A DNA stretch of 20,000 nt from an uncultured virus (IMG/VR IMGVR_UViG_3300010002_000006) (lineage: Duplodnaviria; Heunggongvirae; Uroviricota; Caudoviricetes), in IMG/VR virus record IMGVR_UViG_3300010002_000006, positions 240,739-260,738 of that record; one strand, 5' to 3'. Shown one piece after another: positions 16,187 to 20,000 of the stretch. The translations under genes were made by a program, and so were the position numbers. The notes under the pieces were generated by a model, which ran no database searches, was not told the DNA's origin, and was given only the letters and a program-made list of their open reading frames with translations. Every line of letters starts with the position of its first letter. Position 1 is the first letter of the stretch.

Positions 16187-16408
16187 CTAACGCAGGTTAT
16201 ACATGATAATGTAACAAAGGAAAAAGATAACTGAGGAGCAGAGCATTATGATGATCGTCCCGTTTCTTACCTTTATAATATTTTCGACGATTTCTAGTCG
16301 GGTGTGGAGCGAGAGCTTTTTCCAAATAACTGTTACCGCAATATAAACCACAGTCACAACCAGAATGATTACACCGAGTAAACGGTACTGCTCTTCATGA
16401 CTTAGCAC
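16187..16408 (-). CDS. Small 2-TM membrane protein (73 aa)
   Basis: GTG start with GGAG SD; two hydrophobic segments. Confidence 0.7.
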   Translation of the reverse strand: MLSHEEQYRLLGVIILVVTVVYIAVTVIWKKLSLHTRLEIVENIIKVRNGTIIIMLCSSVIFFLCYIIMYNLR

Positions 16409-16625
16409 GATAGAGTCTCCAATCTTTATAAGTAGCTCTCGCGATTGCTATAATAATAGGAAGAAATACCCAGAACACCCCAGCCAATGTCGCCAGCCAC
16501 AGATAACTCAGTTTCTCAGACCAGAACCCATCGCTCATAAAGGGCCAAAGAAACGTCATCACCATAGTTAGTGTCAAAATCATTGCGACAGCCTGGTCGA
16601 TCAACTCTGCAAAGTACCGACCCAT
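16395..16625 (-). CDS. Small 2-TM membrane protein (76 aa)
   Basis: AGGA SD; two hydrophobic segments. Confidence 0.75.
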   Translation of the reverse strand: MGRYFAELIDQAVAMILTLTMVMTFLWPFMSDGFWSEKLSYLWLATLAGVFWVFLPIIIAIARATYKDWRLYRAKS

Positions 16626-16633
16626 ATCAATTC

Positions 16634-16840
16634 CTAAAGTAATTTAATTTCTGTCTGTACGCCGTTGACATCCATGGTGACAACCTGATTACCTTCTTCG
16701 ATGGCCTTTAAGATATACTCATAAAGACGATACGCTTTGCAGGTGACATCCGCATAGGAGCTTGCTTCGGTTTTCTCTTTCAGTGACTTCAGACGTTCAA
16801 AGCCCTCTGCAGAGATATCGATTTGAAGACGTTTTGTCAT
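16634..16840 (-). CDS. Ribbon-helix-helix (CopG/MetJ-like) DNA-binding protein (68 aa)
   Basis: Start moved to ATG 16840 (AAGGT SD). KRLQIDIS beta strand, then ERLKSLKEKT helix and SYADV..KA..LY helix. Confidence 0.65.
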   Translation of the reverse strand: MTKRLQIDISAEGFERLKSLKEKTEASSYADVTCKAYRLYEYILKAIEEGNQVVTMDVNGVQTEIKLL

Positions 16841-16841
16841 G

Positions 16842-16940
16842 TTACTTACCTTTTGGCCAGAACTTCTCAATCAGATACCAGCCCGCAAAGAACACGGCGC
16901 CGCCAGCAATCGCATTAACTACATCATTGAAAGTGTGCAT
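16842..16940 (-). CDS. 32-aa single-TM microprotein (MHTFNDVVNAIAGGAVFFAGWYLIEKFWPKGK)
   Basis: Translated by hand; below the ORF-track cutoff. Fills the gap between neighbours exactly (4 nt and 1 nt); AAGAG upstream. Confidence 0.65.
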   Translation of the reverse strand: MHTFNDVVNAIAGGAVFFAGWYLIEKFWPKGK

Positions 16941-16944
16941 ACAG

Positions 16945-17166
16945 TTATCTCTTTAATAATGATGAGGACTCAATACCGCGGTGAAGTCCACGACGGTATC
17001 CCGTGAAGTAAGCATCTAAAACAACCAAGATGACCAACACCGCAGGGTAATAGTCATCGACGTCAAAGAAACAAGCCGCGATCAGGGTAACCAGAATTAA
17101 CGCCTGTAAGGTTAACTCGATTCGCTTGACGATTTTTAATGTCTTATAAAGCCCGACGATGTTCAT
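16945..17166 (-). CDS. Small 2-TM membrane protein (73 aa)
   Basis: Start moved to ATG 17166 (MNIVGLYK...); two hydrophobic segments. Confidence 0.7.
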   Translation of the reverse strand: MNIVGLYKTLKIVKRIELTLQALILVTLIAACFFDVDDYYPAVLVILVVLDAYFTGYRRGLHRGIESSSLLKR

Positions 17167-17371
17167 TACGTTGTTTCTCTTTTTTGCGCTCACGCATAAC
17201 CATGACCTGTAAGCCAGCAATCACGATCAGCAATACAATATCTAACCGATTCCAGAATGCCAGATTATCATCCAGCAAGTGGGTGTGGTAACAGAGCATG
17301 CAGGTAATAATATTAGCCAGCATAAAGACAATTTGAACAACTGAAATCTGCTGCGACTTAGTTAGCTTCAT
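17144..17371 (-). CDS. Small 2-TM membrane protein (75 aa)
   Basis: Two hydrophobic segments and a basic C-terminal tail. Confidence 0.7.
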   Translation of the reverse strand: MKLTKSQQISVVQIVFMLANIITCMLCYHTHLLDDNLAFWNRLDIVLLIVIAGLQVMVMRERKKEKQRNEHRRAL

Positions 17372-17573
17372 TTTTCAACTCACGACGGTAGAGAACGATC
17401 CAGTGCACCATAGCGATACCCACCAAACTCAGGGCAGTAGGTGCCAGGCTCCGAAGAAAGATCACAGTCCATTGAACATCCGCTTTACATACACCCACAC
17501 CCACAACAACCAGCCAGGTGATAAGCATTGCCCAATATACGCGTTTGAGTAACATGTTAATAAAGTTTGACAT
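17358..17573 (-). CDS. Small 2-TM membrane protein (71 aa)
   Basis: AAGGG SD; two hydrophobic segments. Confidence 0.75.
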   Translation of the reverse strand: MSNFINMLLKRVYWAMLITWLVVVGVGVCKADVQWTVIFLRSLAPTALSLVGIAMVHWIVLYRRELKNEAN

Positions 17574-17582
17574 GATGAGCCC

Positions 17583-18104
17583 TTAGGCCACATCAGTGGC
17601 CGTAGTAGGATTACGGTAGGTGCGGTATTCGCCAGAGACAATCTTTTCAAAGTCAACTGGACCATCCTGGAGAAGATCCCAGCACACATTAATATAACGT
17701 TCATCGCGGATTATCCGGTCATGTTCATGACCGTGAACTTGGCGGCGATTTCCAAGTGTTGCAGGGTGCATCGGAGAGTGCTGAAACCAGATTCCTCGAC
17801 GCGGGTGTTTCCACATACCTTCGACATCGTCAAACACATCCAGAATGTCACGGATGGTATTGTGACGTTCTTTGTCGTGATTCCCCAATACCAGGATTTT
17901 CTTGCCCGGCAATTTCTTGATGATCTGCAACCCTTCCCGATAGAGTGCAGCGTCACCTACCACAATGATCGTGGTACGTGGACGGACTTTATCATTCCAG
18001 CCATCACAGATCTTTTCCTGATACGTTTTCATATCAGTAAAACCACGTGCTTCTGCGGCCTTTTCATGGTCGATGTGGAGATCAGCCCAAGTTACAATGT
18101 TCAT
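17583..18104 (-). CDS. Calcineurin-like metallophosphoesterase (COG4186-type)
   Basis: ADLHIDH, VGD, LGNHD, HSP, HGHEH, INVCWD motifs. Confidence 0.92.
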   Translation of the reverse strand: MNIVTWADLHIDHEKAAEARGFTDMKTYQEKICDGWNDKVRPRTTIIVVGDAALYREGLQIIKKLPGKKILVLGNHDKERHNTIRDILDVFDDVEGMWKHPRRGIWFQHSPMHPATLGNRRQVHGHEHDRIIRDERYINVCWDLLQDGPVDFEKIVSGEYRTYRNPTTATDVA

Positions 18105-18114
18105 ACCTGTTACC

Positions 18115-18570
18115 TTACTTATACGTCTTTAACACAGGAACCATTAAACCGGTGATCATCCAGTCCCAGTTCTTTTTACCGATACGGTGATCGTAACGGT
18201 TAGTTTCGGGATCGTAGGCAAAGGCATTGATAACGTGATCACGGTAATTAGCTAACTGTGCCACATACATAAAACCAAGTTTAGCCAACTCACCGGTATC
18301 CGGAACGAAACCCACTTCGTAAGAACACAGACGTTGTGTACGGTATTCGGCATACGCTTTACCCAGCGCGCGCAGTTCATCGAGCTTGGCAAGTGCAGTT
18401 ACCGCACGGCGACGATACACCATCTTAAACAGCCCGCTACCGTCATGGGTTTTGAACTCGTTCACCAGTATCTCTAACATCAAGATAGAACGGTTGATCA
18501 AATCAGATTGACTGACAATGCGTTCTTCGGCCAGTTTGCCTGGCTCAAGGAGTGCTGGAATCGTTTTCAT
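18115..18570 (-). CDS. Hypothetical protein (151 aa), probable paralog of 18567..18974
   Basis: ATGA overlap with the upstream gene; shares the SQ.DL..R...M..I.V block. Confidence 0.8.
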   Translation of the reverse strand: MKTIPALLEPGKLAEERIVSQSDLINRSILMLEILVNEFKTHDGSGLFKMVYRRRAVTALAKLDELRALGKAYAEYRTQRLCSYEVGFVPDTGELAKLGFMYVAQLANYRDHVINAFAYDPETNRYDHRIGKKNWDWMITGLMVPVLKTYK

Positions 18571-18974
18571 ATTTTACCGCCATAAGTGATAATGTTGAAC
18601 AGGTCGTTGGGAAGTTCCCGATTAAAGCTTGGGCGTGTACTCTCCATAAAGATGAAGTGCGGTTTGTAGACGTCTAACAGATCGTTAAACGCAAACAGTA
18701 GATCGCGGGTTCCATCCTGATCAATATCGTGTAACCAGGAGGCATCTACGATCTCATTACTCTCCCGGTTAAACGCCCGCAGCATTTTGCGAGCCCGGAG
18801 AATTTGCAGTCCTTTTCGAGAAAAGATAAGGTTCCACTTGTTCTCCTCGATGTATTGCAAAAAATCCTCATTGAGGTCAAAGAGAGTAACTTGGATGTCA
18901 CGCATGATAATCAACCGGTAATTCAAATCGGCCTGACTAATATCTGTTTTACCAATCTTCATATCAGTGTTCAT
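18567..18974 (-). CDS. Hypothetical protein (135 aa), first gene after promoter copy 5
   Basis: TAAGGA SD. Confidence 0.8.
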   Translation of the reverse strand: MNTDMKIGKTDISQADLNYRLIIMRDIQVTLFDLNEDFLQYIEENKWNLIFSRKGLQILRARKMLRAFNRESNEIVDASWLHDIDQDGTRDLLFAFNDLLDVYKPHFIFMESTRPSFNRELPNDLFNIITYGGKI

Positions 18975-19004
18975 ATATGTCCTTAAATTAAAAAGGTAGT
19001 TGTC

Positions 19005-19047
19005 ATTACATGTGAATAATATCAGTCTGTTTTCATTTGCAGCTAAA
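19005..19047 (-). promoter_or_regulatory. Putative phage-RNAP early promoter, copy 5
   Basis: Minus strand TTTAGCT-N9-AA-CAGACTGATATTATTCACATGTAAT (core 19005-19029). Confidence 0.7.
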
Positions 19048-19106
19048 ATGAAAAAGAATCGTTTGGATTAACAAATTCTCAAGCATCCGTTATAGGTAAA
19101 TAGTTT

Positions 19107-19703
19107 ATGATCATTGTATCAGGCACCAACAGCAAAAAGATCAATGACCCAGTGTTCTTATCAGCTCGCAAATTCATGCAAGACCGTTTGGCCGCGCTTG
19201 AGGCAAAAGGTCCTAGCGCCGAACTCGACCTTGAAAAAGAACGCTATTCAGGGTTAACTGCCAAAGACGTACAGATTGAACCACCTAAAAGCTTTGACGA
19301 TGGCATCGTGCGCTGCTGCTTTCTGTCACGTAAAACCGGTTTCCTGCGTGCTGACATTGAAGTGGAGATCGTACCACTGAGTGACATCTTTGCTGAGTTC
19401 ACCGTCGCAGTTAATGAGTACAACGGTGTAGACGCATTAGCTGCAGCGATCGTGGCTGGTACCCAGTTAGAAGGTGTGGTCTATCTTCGCGATGTCTCAC
19501 TCTTTGGTATTGTGTTAGCAAAAGCCAATGTGGATCCAGAGAACCTCATGCGCATCATGGGTGATATCTACTGGGACACGATCAAAGTAAATACATTGGA
19601 TAGTGTTGACAGTAAAACAAAATCCAGTGGTACCTTTGAAGTTCAAGCACTGAATATTGCAGCCACCCAGGGTAACCTCTATGTGATCGAAGACATCACA
19701 TAA
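19107..19703 (+). CDS. Hypothetical protein (198 aa), possibly virion-associated; distant paralog candidate of 5775..6659
   Basis: AGGT SD; followed by a bidirectional terminator. Confidence 0.8.
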   Translation: MIIVSGTNSKKINDPVFLSARKFMQDRLAALEAKGPSAELDLEKERYSGLTAKDVQIEPPKSFDDGIVRCCFLSRKTGFLRADIEVEIVPLSDIFAEFTVAVNEYNGVDALAAAIVAGTQLEGVVYLRDVSLFGIVLAKANVDPENLMRIMGDIYWDTIKVNTLDSVDSKTKSSGTFEVQALNIAATQGNLYVIEDIT

Positions 19704-19719
19704 AAAAATAAGTCATAGT

Positions 19720-19749
19720 TCCTACTCTGCCTTTCGGGGCAGAGTAGGA
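19720..19749. terminator. Bidirectional terminator (CTACTCT family)
   Basis: TCCTACTCTGCC-tttcgg-GGCAGAGTAGGA between convergent genes; A-run on the left, TATGTTT on the right. Confidence 0.85.
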
Positions 19750-19759
19750 GTATGTTTGC

Positions 19760-19999
19760 TTAGGCGAACAGTGATTGCATTTCCTGCATCATGAGTCCGT
19801 TAACCTCTTCGTACTGAATTGGTTCCCAGTTAATCTCCGTCATCAAGCTGGTTGGGGAATATCCCTTTTCCATTACCAGGAAGATCGTAAACGGTGACTT
19901 CTCATTGACCCAGTGGGTGTGCTTGAACCAATTGCCTTCTGCCAGCAACGGCCAGTAGACCTGGTGCATGCTGTCATCGGTTCTCACCCCAACAGAGAT
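19760..19999 (-). CDS. Hypothetical protein, C-terminal part; frame stays open past the right edge
   Basis: ...ISVGVRTDDSMHQVYWPLL...QSLFA*; no stop upstream within the window. Confidence 0.65.
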   Translation of the reverse strand: MSVGVRTDDSMHQVYWPLLAEGNWFKHTHWVNEKSPFTIFLVMEKGYSPTSLMTEINWEPIQYEEVNGLMMQEMQSLFA

Positions 20000-20000
20000 C

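Noticed and set aside
6677..19059. Shared TAAAATGAAAA(A)GAAT at 6677-6691 and 19044-19059
   Set aside because: Low-complexity AT-rich match in opposite orientation relative to the two candidate paralogs; probably chance.
5680..19749. Repeats as a CRISPR array, IS ends or att sites
   Set aside because: They are dispersed, degenerate and each tied to a gene start or end; there is no regular spacing and no cas, transposase or integrase gene.

Overview
This 20-kb window is gene-dense, about 45% GC (estimated by eye), and reads as part of a lytic jumbo-phage genome of the phiKZ/EL/OBP-like type (Chimalliviridae-like; inferred from gene content, no database search). Most genes are on the minus strand. 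Recognisable products are a GroEL-like chaperonin with no groES, a ClpP-family protease, thymidine kinase, dihydrofolate reductase, thymidylate synthase, a HAD nucleotidase, a GNAT acetyltransferase, a calcineurin-like phosphoesterase, an RHH-like protein, two stand-alone peptidoglycan-binding-domain-like proteins, a partial RNase H-like protein (phiKZ gp155-type) with an apparently degenerate active site, and a few probable virion proteins. There are also many small membrane or unknown proteins. Five copies of a 25-bp non-sigma70 motif (consensus CAGACCKATATTATTNAAGTGTATA on the minus strand) head the minus-strand units and are probably phage-RNAP early promoters. A family of CTACTCT...AGAGTAG hairpins punctuates the region. 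The most striking unit is an apparent single transcript, promoter -> ClpP -> small membrane protein -> DUF1653-like protein -> chaperonin -> terminator, which would be a phage-encoded protein quality-control operon. No tRNA, rRNA, CRISPR array or mobile element was seen.
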